This document shows, piece by piece, positions 13,469 to 25,590 of a stretch of DNA of 58,292 nucleotides. This stretch comes from Octopus bimaculoides. Lineage: Eukaryota. Each line of letters begins with the position of its first letter. Position 1 is the stretch's first letter. The stretch lies in contig NC_068981.1 in NCBI RefSeq assembly GCF_001194135.2, forward strand, positions 174,916,372-174,974,663, given 5' to 3'. Both the position numbers and the translations under genes were made by a program. The notes under the pieces are model-generated. The model ran no database searches and was not told the origin of the DNA. It saw nothing but the letters and a program-made list of their open reading frames with translations.

Positions 13469-14447
13469 NNNNNNNNNNNNNNNNNNNNNNNNNNNNNNNN
13501 NNNNNNNNNNNNNNNNNNNNNNNNNNNNNNNNNNNNNNNNNNNNNNNNNNNNNNNNNNNNNNNNNNNNNNNNNNNNNNNNNNNNNNNNNNNNNNNNNNNN
13601 NNNNNNNNNNNNNNNNNNNNNNNNNNNNNNNNNNNNNNNNNNNNNNNNNNNNNNNNNNNNNNNNNNNNNNNNNNNNNNNNNNNNNNNNNNNNNNNNNNNN
13701 NNNNNNNNNNNNNNNNNNNNNNNNNNNNNNNNNNNNNNNNNNNNNNNNNNNNNNNNNNNNNNNNNNNNNNNNNNNNNNNNNNNNNNNNNNNNNNNNNNNN
13801 NNNNNNNNNNNNNNNNNNNNNNNNNNNNNNNNNNNNNNNNNNNNNNNNNNNNNNNNNNNNNNNNNNNNNNNNNNNNNNNNNNNNNNNNNNNNNNNNNNNN
13901 NNNNNNNNNNNNNNNNNNNNNNNNNNNNNNNNNNNNNNNNNNNNNNNNNNNNNNNNNNNNNNNNNNNNNNNNNNNNNNNNNNNNNNNNNNNNNNNNNNNN
14001 NNNNNNNNNNNNNNNNNNNNNNNNNNNNNNNNNNNNNNNNNNNNNNNNNNNNNNNNNNNNNNNNNNNNNNNNNNNNNNNNNNNNNNNNNNNNNNNNNNNN
14101 NNNNNNNNNNNNNNNNNNNNNNNNNNNNNNNNNNNNNNNNNNNNNNNNNNNNNNNNNNNNNNNNNNNNNNNNNNNNNNNNNNNNNNNNNNNNNNNNNNNN
14201 NNNNNNNNNNNNNNNNNNNNNNNNNNNNNNNNNNNNNNNNNNNNNNNNNNNNNNNNNNNNNNNNNNNNNNNNNNNNNNNNNNNNNNNNNNNNNNNNNNNN
14301 NNNNNNNNNNNNNNNNNNNNNNNNNNNNNNNNNNNNNNNNNNNNNNNNNNNNNNNNNNNNNNNNNNNNNNNNNNNNNNNNNNNNNNNNNNNNNNNNNNNN
14401 NNNNNNNNNNNNNNNNNNNNNTATGTATATATATATATATATATATT

Positions 14448-14745
14448 GTGAAGGCACATTGCTTAATGGTTAAGGTGTTGCACTCACAATTGCGAGATCA
14501 TTAGATCAATTCCCAAACCGGCGTTGCGCTGTGTTCTTCAGCAGAGCACTTCATTTCACGCTTCACTGCGATTATTTCGTCATCTGACATGTGGCACACG
14601 GTGCACCTGTACAGGTAATGTTGAGTTGATGGAGGGAGTGAGCTTATGTGTACAAAAACATTTGATCACTATAAACAAATCATCTGTGTGGTTGTTCGGC
14701 AAAAAATTGCCGCAGCCTTATACGTCGTTTAAGGACGGGAGAATC
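14448..14745 (+). mobile_element. tRNA-type SINE copy (family D), degenerate
   Basis: tRNA-like head with degenerate A/B boxes (TGCTTAATGGTTAAGG...GATCAATTCCC), followed by a body ending in a (CA)n/(TA)n tract. Confidence 0.6.
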
Positions 14746-14781
14746 CACGATACACACACACACGCACGTATATATACATAT

Positions 14782-14857
<76 letters not shown>

Positions 14858-15520
14858 GCTTGAGTATCCTATTCTCCGAATTATTGGCTGTGTAAAAGCG
14901 TGTATTCTTGTTGTTTACGACGATTATGTCCATTCTTGCTACTGCGTAAGGTATAGTTTTAGTAGTTCTAAATGTAATCTGATTTTATGTGAGATTATTA
15001 TTGTTGTTGTTGTTATTAAATGAGTAGTCGTTGTAGTGGTGGAAGTCGTTGTCGCAGAGGTGGTAGAATCATAACTAAAGAAGTTACGTCGAAATCACAT
15101 AAAGTGTTATTATAACACAGCGTAGAAAAGAATTCTTCCATTACAAAAGAAGAACCATCAAAAGCAGATGTTCATTCGTGACAAGGCACATTCAAGTAAC
15201 ATTCTAAGACATGATATTACCATTATTATTATTAACTTTTTTTTTTTACCTCTTGAGAAAGAAGCAATAATGACGCTTAGCATTCCTGCTAGGCAGAAAA
15301 TGATATGTAACGACCGTCATGTTGTAATTCTTAATTCAATGATGTCTTGGGGCTTAGCGCAAATATTGTCAAGAGATCACTACAGACACATTGGAATTCA
15401 ATCGAAATTATTTTCTTCATGGGGGATTCATGGTTTTGTCAAATCGAGATCATTTTTGATTCTAAGACAATTAGCATCTAAATCTAACGATGACTTACGC
15501 TGAGAAAGAAAAACTGAAGA

Positions 15521-15537
15521 AACAACAACAACAACAT

Positions 15538-15591
<54 letters not shown>

Positions 15592-15592
15592 T

Positions 15593-15650
<58 letters not shown>
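15521..15650. repeat. Compound microsatellite (CAA)n-(CTA)n-(CTG)n
   Basis: Directly visible. It explains the poly-L and poly-S ORFs in the track. Confidence 0.95.
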
Positions 15651-15651
<1 letters not shown>

Positions 15652-18613
15652 CGAGTTATCTTTTTACTCGTACTCATATATCAACAGAAAGTTATCAGTA
15701 AAACCGTGCTGGAAGATTAACGAAAAAAAAAAAAAAAGATGGGGCTTCAACATCCGCAATAATTTATTTTATTCATATTCACTCTATCTTAGTATGGAGA
15801 CAATGAAAAGAGACAAACAGCTCCAAAACATTCTGGAGATATCTCTATCTATGAGCTCTTGTAGCTCTTCAAAACATTTCTCAGAATATAATATTCATGT
15901 TCAACTTTAATATTCGATCAATATTACTATGGAAACTGTTCGTGCTACTGAATGGCGTGATATTCAGTGCAAATCATAGCATTATAATAACCAATTAATA
16001 CAGTCTAAAATGCATTATATCTGTTTAAGAATATCTGTTATATTTCAAAGACACCTACTACTAACCATTTGAAATTCTTAAATAAACTACCTCGAAATGA
16101 TTTAATTTTTCTCGTTGTTGGAAGTAATATGATGCAGAAGATGCATTAGAAATACGAGGTGTTTTGTTTTTAATTATGCTTCAGTTTGTTGAGAGAAATC
16201 TGTGCTCATAGACGTCAGAGATACTCACCGAATTTGAAGGTCGATGCAGCTGATATTCAGCTCTTGTAGTTTTGTTTTGAAGGTGCATACTTGCTGTTAA
16301 TAATTTTTATTCCGCTTTTATGGCAATATATCATATCTAGAAGTTTATATTGCGTCTCGTGTTTCCTATGTTTTGAAACTGCAATCTGGAATTTAAAGGA
16401 AATTTAGCTGCAATTTCTAGCACCTGAGGCGCTCTAAAACTGCATCGCCGACTCGCGATTTTCAATGATAGGATAGAAAAGTGAACTTGATAGACTGGTA
16501 CACAACTTCATAGATAAGAAAACGAAGAACTTTTGCATTAATGGTAGAAGAGCCTGAAAGATGTTACAGCTTCATTGTTTACTTTTGGTTGTTGTGTGTT
16601 ACTGAGTAAAAATGTGTTAGTTAGTTGGATGGCCTCACTTAGGGGTAATCTAAAATACTTTTATGTAGAGTGTACTCGAGAATGTTTGAACGTGGACTAA
16701 GTTTATTTGGAAATTCTGATTACTAATGCAAAACGAATCCTAGGCACTTTGCTTGTCATTCCGTGGAACTTGGCAATTAAAAATGTCATGCAAAGAGATT
16801 AAACCTGTACACATATTTATTAGAAAAGCAAGTGTACCTACTCGACAGCATTACTGATGCTTTGATATAATACAGGGTATATGACATATATTTCTTGCGT
16901 AGTGGAAGATTGAGTATGTAATGTTGGACAAAAACAAAACGATCTACGCTAGATTCGAACTAGGTAAAGAAAATGACATTTCGTTCTCTGTCTGTGTAGA
17001 AAATGTAAATTGAAAATAAATGAACCGTTGCTCAGATGACTGATGGTTAATTATGGGATTTCTATTAATTGATGTAAAAGTCACAAATCACGGTTCACAA
17101 TCTTATTGATGTCTAAAGCATTCTACACCATCATCGACATATGAAAATCTAGACCAACAACATCGAGACGAAGTTAAACAGCGTTACCAACAATCGCAAC
17201 AACGTTATACACTTGTATGAATTCAATTTAGAAACGCCGATTGAGCAAAACAATCATTGTTTTTATTTCTCTGTAACTAATTAGATTTTTTGAGTTTGTC
17301 TACTGTTCGTAGACCTTGTATTTAATTAAATTTCCAGTTGAATTTTGTTTTTAATTGCGTTCCACTCATCAAATTCGAATAGAACGTAACAAACCGCAAA
17401 GATAGTTCTGATCCTCGCCAGCGTTTAGTTTTCTTTAATCGTTCTCTTAATCTAATAACAATTCTAATATGCTTAGCCACACAGTATTTCATGTTTCTAG
17501 AGCAATATCCATCATTATTTGCCCATTGATGCTGATAACTGCAGGAGAAGTTGATGGCGGAATATTTCCAAATTTTACATATCACCCGCTCACACTAGGT
17601 TGTTACAGTATGTATTTGCGTTGAAGTCAATATCTCATGTTTGTGTATTTCTATTTGTGAATATCACGTGATACTTCTTACAAGTCCATCGCTCCATCTC
17701 CAACGTAAATTATGCGATTTTATGTTTGCTCTTGTGATTTGGACTTAGTTGGTAATCTTAACTTTGAAATTTTCTGTTTATATATTGAATTTACTGTTGT
17801 TTCGCTGATGCTTTTGTCGTTGTTGCTGCTACAGTTATTGATATTTTTAAACAACATATCAAATCTGTATATATTTTCTAGTCTCCTATTTTAGTTAATT
17901 TTATATTTCATTGTTATTTTTATATACAACAATAGAAGCAAACAATTTATCAAATCAATATTCATTTAAGTATTACTGAATAATAATAATTAATGGTTGC
18001 GCCATCACAAAATAGGGACTATGTATTTTTCAATGTCATAAAAAACGAAATCAAAGAACGAGCAAATAAATAAGTGTTCCATTCATTAAGTGAATTGCTG
18101 AACTGATTTGCTTAAAACATAAAAGATCGATAGAGTGTTTGTGCAAAGGGAATTAAAGTTAAACAGTACTATAATCTAAGAGCAAATGTTTTCTTTAATG
18201 AAAAATACAAAATAAAAATCAATTGCTGTGTAAAAATAGTTTGTTGAACCATGTCTTAGCTTCTTTATGTATATTTTCATTGATGTATTTTTATATTCTG
18301 GTTCTAAGTTGGTTTGTTTGCGCAAGAAATTTTAGTGAACAATACTTAGAAAGTCAATTGTTTGGTTATTATTATTGAATTTTTATTATTTATTTAGTTC
18401 ATTTTGGATATACTGTTTAATATTTTATTACAAGGGTTGGGAATTGTTGCAATAGCTTGTCGGTTAAAGAGTTAACGGATCGTATCATATGAACGGCTTT
18501 GGAAAGTATTCTTGTTTATACAATTAATTCAAAGTGGTCTGGCCTGTTTAATAGATACATAAGAGAATGCACCGTGAAAAAAGTTTGTCACTTTAATTAG
18601 TTTTATTCCTCAC

Positions 18614-18682
18614 GTATGAAGCTGAGAGCTCTTGAAGTCCAGTATTTTCAATTTGAAGTGCCAATCTTTCCTCTGATAAAAC
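18614..18682 (-). CDS. Candidate 69-nt phase-0 coding exon of an unidentified gene (VLSEERLALQIENTGLQELSASY)
   Basis: Minus strand has acceptor ATAGTTTTCTAG|G, an open 23-codon frame and donor TAC|GTGAGG, in non-repetitive sequence. I recognise no homology. Confidence 0.25.
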
Positions 18683-19931
18683 CTAGAAAACTATATAGTT
18701 GCCATTGGAATCATACTAAATATACTAGCGAAAATGCTAAAATACCAATACCAGGAAGTGAAGTAATTACTTCGGAGCTTTCTTAAAATTATACACTAAG
18801 GTATGTATCTACATATATTATTAAAGGTTATACTTCAGCGATACGAATATGTACAGTTAGTTATCTAAACGTCGATTTGTGAATAGTATTGCATGTGTAC
18901 AATAAAGTGCTTTCATAAAATTTTCTCAGATGTATTCTTCACATTTTGTAGCGAGATTTTCCAGGATCTGTTCCTATAAAAATCCAATGATGCACTCTTC
19001 ACTTTTTAAAATCGGGAATTGTTTTACATACAGTGGAAAACATTTTGTTTTTCCCCTACTCAGCATCTTATGCAGCCTATTAATTTCCACATGAATGTAG
19101 TTTCGCCAAAAATTGAACTACCATAATTTGGAAGTAAGTAGGAGAAGAATAGAAATTCCAGTTTTTATTAGAAATCATCAGAAAAAGAGAGATGAAAGAG
19201 GAAAAATGAACCGTGCAAAGAAACCTCCGAGAGGACAAAAAAAATTAACAGCAATTATGGGAAGTAAAATGCAAGAATGAGAAAACAGTGATATCTTCAC
19301 GAAAGATATTCATTTGTTACAAAGAACAGTACAAATTTCCTCAAATGATATCCTACCAAATTTTTTAAAAAGTGACACCCTTAATAATGTCGTCTTACAC
19401 ATCCTGAAAAAGTAACGATTGGTTTCGGTCGGAACGCCTATCATAATTGGAGTCTTCATTAGAGCGTAACAGAGGATTATACAAAAATCGAGGCAACAAA
19501 CAACTAGGGCATTGGCTCTAAATGGATATTAAAGCGAGAATCGAAATAGGCACCATAAAGATTTTCATAAATGATTTATTGAAATGTCAGATAAATGCTA
19601 TATGATCTATAATGTGAGTTTTGGTAAACAAATGAAATAAAATATTTGTGCTTAGACATTATTTACACCAAGGTGAATTATCGAATACTGAGTCATTCAA
19701 TTATCTTAACGTAGTTAGTTTTTTTTACCAAGTTTTTCTACATTATTTTAAGAAGGAAAAGAAAAAAAAAGTTTTCTTGTGAAACGCATTATTATTGTGA
19801 ATGAGAGGCGTCAAATGCATGAAACAATAAAAATACAAAGCAATATAGCACTGTATAAATTTCATATAAATAAAATTTATTACTATATATACATAGAGAT
19901 AGATAGAGAGTGAGAGAGAGAGAAAGAGAGT

Positions 19932-19964
<33 letters not shown>

Positions 19965-20956
19965 CGCGAGAGAGAAAGATTAATTGATAAATACATCGAT
20001 ATAAATATGGATACATAAGTATATATCATATATGTCTTGTGTGTGTGCATGTTTTAGAAGTTAGTTGAAGATGCACGCAGTTTCTTGCACTTATATAGAG
20101 TTACACGTTCACGCGGTCAGATAATATTTGTAGAAATTGGTGTATCCGTAACACACTACTTAGGCCATTTCTCCTGGCCAAAAAGATCAGGTGGTCGAAT
20201 AAGTAGCTATAAATATCGTTGCTGTTTGCTCAACAACAATGGTGTAAGGAAAAGTATGTGTTCTAGATCTAGATTTGCAATCATCAAATGGAAACAACTT
20301 AGCGTTACTTATCGAATCGGAAACATGTGACTTTTCAGACGCATTGAAGCTGTCCAGGAGACTTTGTCGCATATAACGTCAACTATGTAATAGATCACAT
20401 CTATGATGAATCTGAAGCAACCGCCCAGTTTGTCGTCAACATTTGCATCCTGACAAAAATGCACTATTTCACCTAGCACTGCTTTATAAAATATGATGGT
20501 TTAGTAATCTCGTAGATAAATATAAAAATGATTATTTGGAGGATTATTTTTAAGTAGAGTACCAAATTATCAATAACTAACTTTGAGGACATAACACTAG
20601 ATTTAATCACGGAAGAATGATGCCCTTGCAGAAAACAAAAGAGAACATATACATATAAAATAAAATGTCAACCTTCTAGATCAATTTATCCCCAGCAAAG
20701 TCCGTCTTCAAAAGTGCCGGGTTCTAATAAAACGATGTGCTTTAGAATCTGCTTTCTCTAATTTACATGTAGAAATTCATAATACATGTTGAGATGCACG
20801 GTACTGGTATATTTATGTAATTATATATAGTTGTATGAGTGTACGTAGTTTTATGATTGTAAGTGCGTATGCGTATTTTAACGTGTGTGTGTATGTGTGT
20901 TTGTGGGTATGTATGTGTGTATGCGTGTGTATATGCATGTATGTATATGTATGTGT

Positions 20957-21060
20957 ATACGAGGTCTGATCAGTAAGTATCCGGACTGTTGCCAGAGTAA
21001 TGAAGCTAAAGCACGTAGTGTACGGCTGCTTGACACAGATTGACTTTGAATGCTCTATAC
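20957..21060 (+). mobile_element. Mariner-type 5' terminal fragment (TIR start TACGAGG...)
   Basis: TACGAGGTCTGATCAGTAAGTATCCGGACTG begins right after a TA/TG tract and resembles mariner TIRs starting at a TA target. I found no matching 3' TIR. Confidence 0.5.
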
Positions 21061-21229
21061 AGGTGTACAAATTCTCTAAGTTGTGGTTCGTGACCGATCA
21101 CACGTGTGCTGAGACTGACGAAGGAATTTTATATTTAGATATAACTGGGGTGCTTATGTGTACACATGACTCTTCCTTCTGCTTTTTTCCATGGGTGCGT
21201 GTATGTATTTCATTTATTTCTAATCGTAT

Positions 21230-21288
21230 TCTCTACTGATGAGGGAAAAATCTGTTGGATTAATCCCGAAATTGATTCGATATAAAGA
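21230..21288 (+). ncRNA. Putative type I hammerhead ribozyme motif (Penelope/retrozyme-type)
   Basis: Core CTGATGA (21236-21242); stem II GGGA/TCCC; GAAA (21268-21271); stem III ATTG/CGAT closing an ATT loop; AUA cleavage triplet (21280-21282); stem I TCTCTA/TAAAGA with 5 of 6 pairs. Confidence 0.55.
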
Positions 21289-21596
21289 TAAAACATTTAA
21301 AAAAATTTTGTTAGGTTGCCTTCCTCGATTTCAGCACGACGTGTATTCGTAGTGAATATATATATATATATANNNNNNNNNNNNNNNNNNNNNNNNNNNN
21401 NNNNNNNNNNNNNNNNNNNNNNNNNNNNNNNNNNNNNNNNNNNNNNNNNNNNNNNNNNNNNNNNNNNNNNNNNNNNNNNNNNNNNNNNNNNNNNNNNNNN
21501 NNNNNNNNNNNNNNNNNNNNNNNNNNNNNNNNNNNNNNNNNNNNNNNNNNNNNNNNNNNNNNNNNNNNNNNNNNNNNNNNNNNNNNNNNNNNNNNN

Positions 21597-21655
<59 letters not shown>

Positions 21656-21746
21656 CATAGATAAATAGATAGATAAAACTTGGAGAAAGATGCGTGGCGT
21701 TCGATCATATAATAATATAAATCACATATAAATATATCCATACATC

Positions 21747-22161
21747 CATACATATATGTACGTACCTACATCAATATGTTTACATACATACATATATGGG
21801 TACAGGACATCACAAAAAAAAACGTTAAACACAATGAGAAACGAAAACAGAAAACGAACTGTTTTTGAACAACGAAAAAAAAAAAAACAGCGAGACGAGA
21901 CATGCAACATAAAGAATATTTCCCTTCATCAGTTGTCCCTGCTCCATTGCCTTCGAAACGCGGAGTAGATGGGGCAGGGACAACTGACGAAGGGAAATAT
22001 TCTTTATGTTGCATGTATCGTCTCGCTGTTTTTTTCGTTGTTCAAAAAAAGTTGGTTTTCTGTTTTCATTTCTCATTGTGTTTAACGTTTTTTTGTGATG
22101 TCCTGTACCCATATATGCATGTATGTATCCATATAGATGTAGGTATGTACATATATGTATG
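21747..22161. repeat. Large foldback palindrome (~200-bp arms, 21-nt loop)
   Basis: 21747-21947 is reverse-complementary to 21969-22161, e.g. GACATGCAACATAAAGAATATTTCCCTTCATCAGTTGTCCCTGC versus GCAGGGACAACTGACGAAGGGAAATATTCTTTATGTTGCATGT. Loop sequence TGCCTTCGAAACGCGGAGTAG. Confidence 0.9.
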
Positions 22162-22968
22162 AATATATGCATATATNNNNNNNNNNNNNNNNNNNNNNNN
22201 NNNNNNNNNNNNNNNNNNNNNNNNNNNNNNNNNNNNNNNNNNNNNNNNNNNNNNNNNNNNNNNNNNNNNNNNNNNNNNNNNNNNNNNNNNNNNNNNNNNN
22301 NNNNNNNNNNNNNNNNNNNNNNNNNNNNNNNNNNNNNNNNNNNNNNNNNNNNNNNNNNNNNNNCTGTTTTCATTTCTCATTGTGTTTAACGTTTTTTTGT
22401 GATGTCCTGTACCCATATATGCATGTATGTATCCATATAGATGTAGGTATGTACATATATGTATATACTGTATATGGGAGTCATACGAGAAATAGACAGG
22501 GAAGCATTAAGAAGGAAGAGAGATTTAGACGAAAATACGCAGATGAGCACATCAAGAAATAGTATGAAAATAGACAAAGAGCGGGTAATTAAGAAGAATA
22601 CATGTAAGGCTTATGTGTAGCTTCCTGATGTATTACAAAATCTACAAAACAATGATGTGTTACCGATATTTGTTCAAATGCAATGCATACGTTTTGTTAA
22701 CACTAATGGAAATGAAATATATCAGACATGTTGGAAGCGAAGAATATTTAATTAAGCACGCGCTTCGACTTAAAAATACATTCTCAAACACTTTAAAGAG
22801 ACACATTTTTGTACATGAAAAATGAAAAATTTTGCATGCAAAGGAAACGGATTAAAATACTTCTACATTTATACGCAGAGATGTATATATAAGTATGTGG
22901 GTGCGCATGAGTTTGAGTACAAACACATACGTATATAATACACACATATATACATACACATAAATTGG

Positions 22969-22999
<31 letters not shown>

Positions 23000-23544
23000 N
23001 NNNNNNNNNNNNNNNNNNNNNNNNNNNNNNNNNNNNNNNNNNNNNNNNNNNNNNNNNNNNNNNNNNNNNNNNNNNNNNNNNNNNNNNNNNNNNNNNNNNN
23101 NNNNNNNNNNNNNNNNNNNNNNNNNNNNNNNNNNNNNNNNNNNNNNNNNNNNNNNNNNNNNNNNNNNNNNNNNNNNNNNNNNNNNNNNNNNNNNNNNNNN
23201 NNNNNNNNNNNNNNNNNNNNNNNNNNNNNNNNNNNNNNNNNNNNNNNNNNNNNNNNNNNNNNNNNNNNNNNNNNNNNNNNNNNNNNNNNNNNNNNNNNNN
23301 NNNNNNNNNNNNNNNNNNNNNNNNNNNNNNNNNNNNNNNNNNNNNNNNNNNNNNNNNNNNNNNNNNNNNNNNNNNNNNNNNNNNNNNNNNNNNNNNNNNN
23401 NNNNNNNNNNNNNNNNNNNNNNNNNNNNNNNNNNNNNNNNNNNNNNNNNNNNNNNNNNNNNNNNNNNNNNNNNNNNNNNNNNNNNNNNNNNNNNNNNNNN
23501 NNNNNNNNNNNNNNNNNNNNNNNNNNNNNNNNNNNNNNNNNNNN

Positions 23545-23606
<62 letters not shown>

Positions 23607-24054
23607 GTAAATATATATATATATACATATATATACACACACATATATATATATAATCTTTATCTTCTTTATCTATATCTTTCCATATATGTATATATAT
23701 TTCATTTTCTCTCTGTCATGTGGTGGTGGTGTGTGTGTATGTGTGTGTACAATCATCCTGGAAGAAAATGGAATCAGAAAATAACGAACAAAATATTAAA
23801 TAGAGATCCTATGACGTCAATTGAAGCTATAAAACGAGAAAGCAATTATTCTAAACATTATTCATTAGGAAGATTATATGAAGCTGTAGCTTTGTAGATG
23901 CAATACAAGTGCGCAATTCTTAGACTCTCAGGCACACATAGATAAATTCATACAAACATACACAAACACACACACACACACACTCACACACACACACACG
24001 CACACGCACACGCACATAAATATATCTGTTTAGTGTTAACTGAGATTAATATAT

Positions 24055-24260
24055 TTTAGTGTGGTCGAGGCAGTCTCTAGCGAGCCTGAGTTGCACGTGT
24101 GGGCGCACAGGTGTGTCTCTGACCCCGTAAATTAACGATTTGTCAAAAGAAACCGATAGAAGAAGGACTCGGCTTAAAAGAAGAACTGGCATCGATTCGT
24201 TCGACTAAAGTTCCTCTGGGCTGTGCCCCAGCATAACTGAGGTGAAATGACTGAAACAAT
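24055..24260 (+). mobile_element. Degenerate SINE fragment (family B 3' part)
   Basis: CCCCGTAAATTAACGATTTGTCAAAAGAAACCGATAGA...GTGCCCCAGCAT...AAATGACTGAAACA resembles the 3' half of 29399-29745 and 35499-35858. Confidence 0.45.
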
Positions 24261-24639
24261 ATCTTGTATCTTTTGATACAAGATATACGCATGTCTCTTC
24301 TGTTTTTATTCATTTAAATTCTTCCTCTGAAGAAACGAGTTGGTTGCTAGCAAAGATACAAAGCTCCATCTTTAGAATGTAGATAATGAAAAGAAATTCC
24401 CATTTTAAAATTGAGAAAAGACTTGCATATTGTACTTGTAATACGCGAATCAGTTGGTTGATTTCTTTTTCTGAAAATCTAGACTGACAATTTTGCATTT
24501 ACTTACGTGTTTCCATTATCATTGGCATCAATGTAAATTTGTAATCCGGATATAGAAGTTGAAGGTTTCGAAGCAGTTGTCCATAGTTAACTTCTTTCTC
24601 TTTGATTTTCTAACTATGTATGTATGTAGGTGCAAAAAA

Positions 24640-25590
24640 GTTCCGGGTTTTAATAACTATTAATAAAAGTGATATGATATGAAAATTAAACATCCTTAAA
24701 AAAGTTTAGTGTGCCTTTTTTTTTTTTGTTTCAGGCCAAATAAACTCAAGTTTATAAATTAGATATGTGCGGACTCCTTAGCTTCTGAAAAGTACCAGAT
24801 AAAAGATACGGCGAAATTCCCGTTGTGCAGTCAGAAAACTGCCTGCCAAAGTAAAACATATGCCGAATATTGATGTATCGAGTGCTGAAAGAGGATCTCA
24901 GGATCAACCCCTACAAGATGATCCGCCGTCACGAGTTCATACAAGTTTATAAGGCCACGAGACTGGAGGGAAGTCGTCCTACTCTTCGTCAGATTGCTGA
25001 AGGCATAATGAAAAGAAATTTGACATCGAACAGACAGTAAACTACCAGAATAAGCGACTTTGGAATGTATCTAGCTCTGTCGAGGGTACATCGTAATTCG
25101 ATGTCAAAAGCCACAGTCAATTATGGTTTGGGCAGCTGTAACAGCCACTGGAATATCTCCCCTCGTGTTTGTACTTCCGGGTGTTACAATTAAAACCCAG
25201 CAATACATTAGTGACGTTCTGGAAGCTGAACTGCTTCCATAGGCGAATGAGCACTTTCAAGGTGCAACTTCGAGCCTCTGACAGGACTAGGCACCATCCC
25301 ACTGCGCCAAACAGACACAACACTGGATTCAGAAAAATATTCCCTCGTTCATACGTAAGGATGTATAGCCTTCAAGAAGCCCCGATCTCAACCCGTTGAA
25401 TTTTTCTGTTCGCTCCATTTTGAAGACGAGGGTTTCGAGCACGTCTCATGCTCCGCTCGATGCTTTGATGGGAAGACTGCGCTATGAATGGGCTTCGAAT
25501 TCGCAAGAACAGCTGCGAGCTGCGTATGAAGCATTAGCACCTAGACCTAAGGCTATGAATCGAAATTGAGGTGCTTATATCGAATAAATA
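24640..25590 (+). mobile_element. Decayed Tc1/mariner transposase of DD37D (maT-like) type
   Basis: KPQSIMVWAAVTATGISPLVFV...QD*APSH...W...PSRSPDLNPLNFSV. There are exactly 37 codons between the second catalytic D (QD) and the third acidic position (here N, AAT). Multiple stops. Confidence 0.85.

Noticed and set aside
20040-20470. Possible additional transposase remnant on the minus strand
   Set aside because: No diagnostic motif could be read in any frame.
21948-21995. Functional type II hammerhead in the palindrome centre
   Set aside because: Core words are present but stem I cannot form and stem II pairing is poor.
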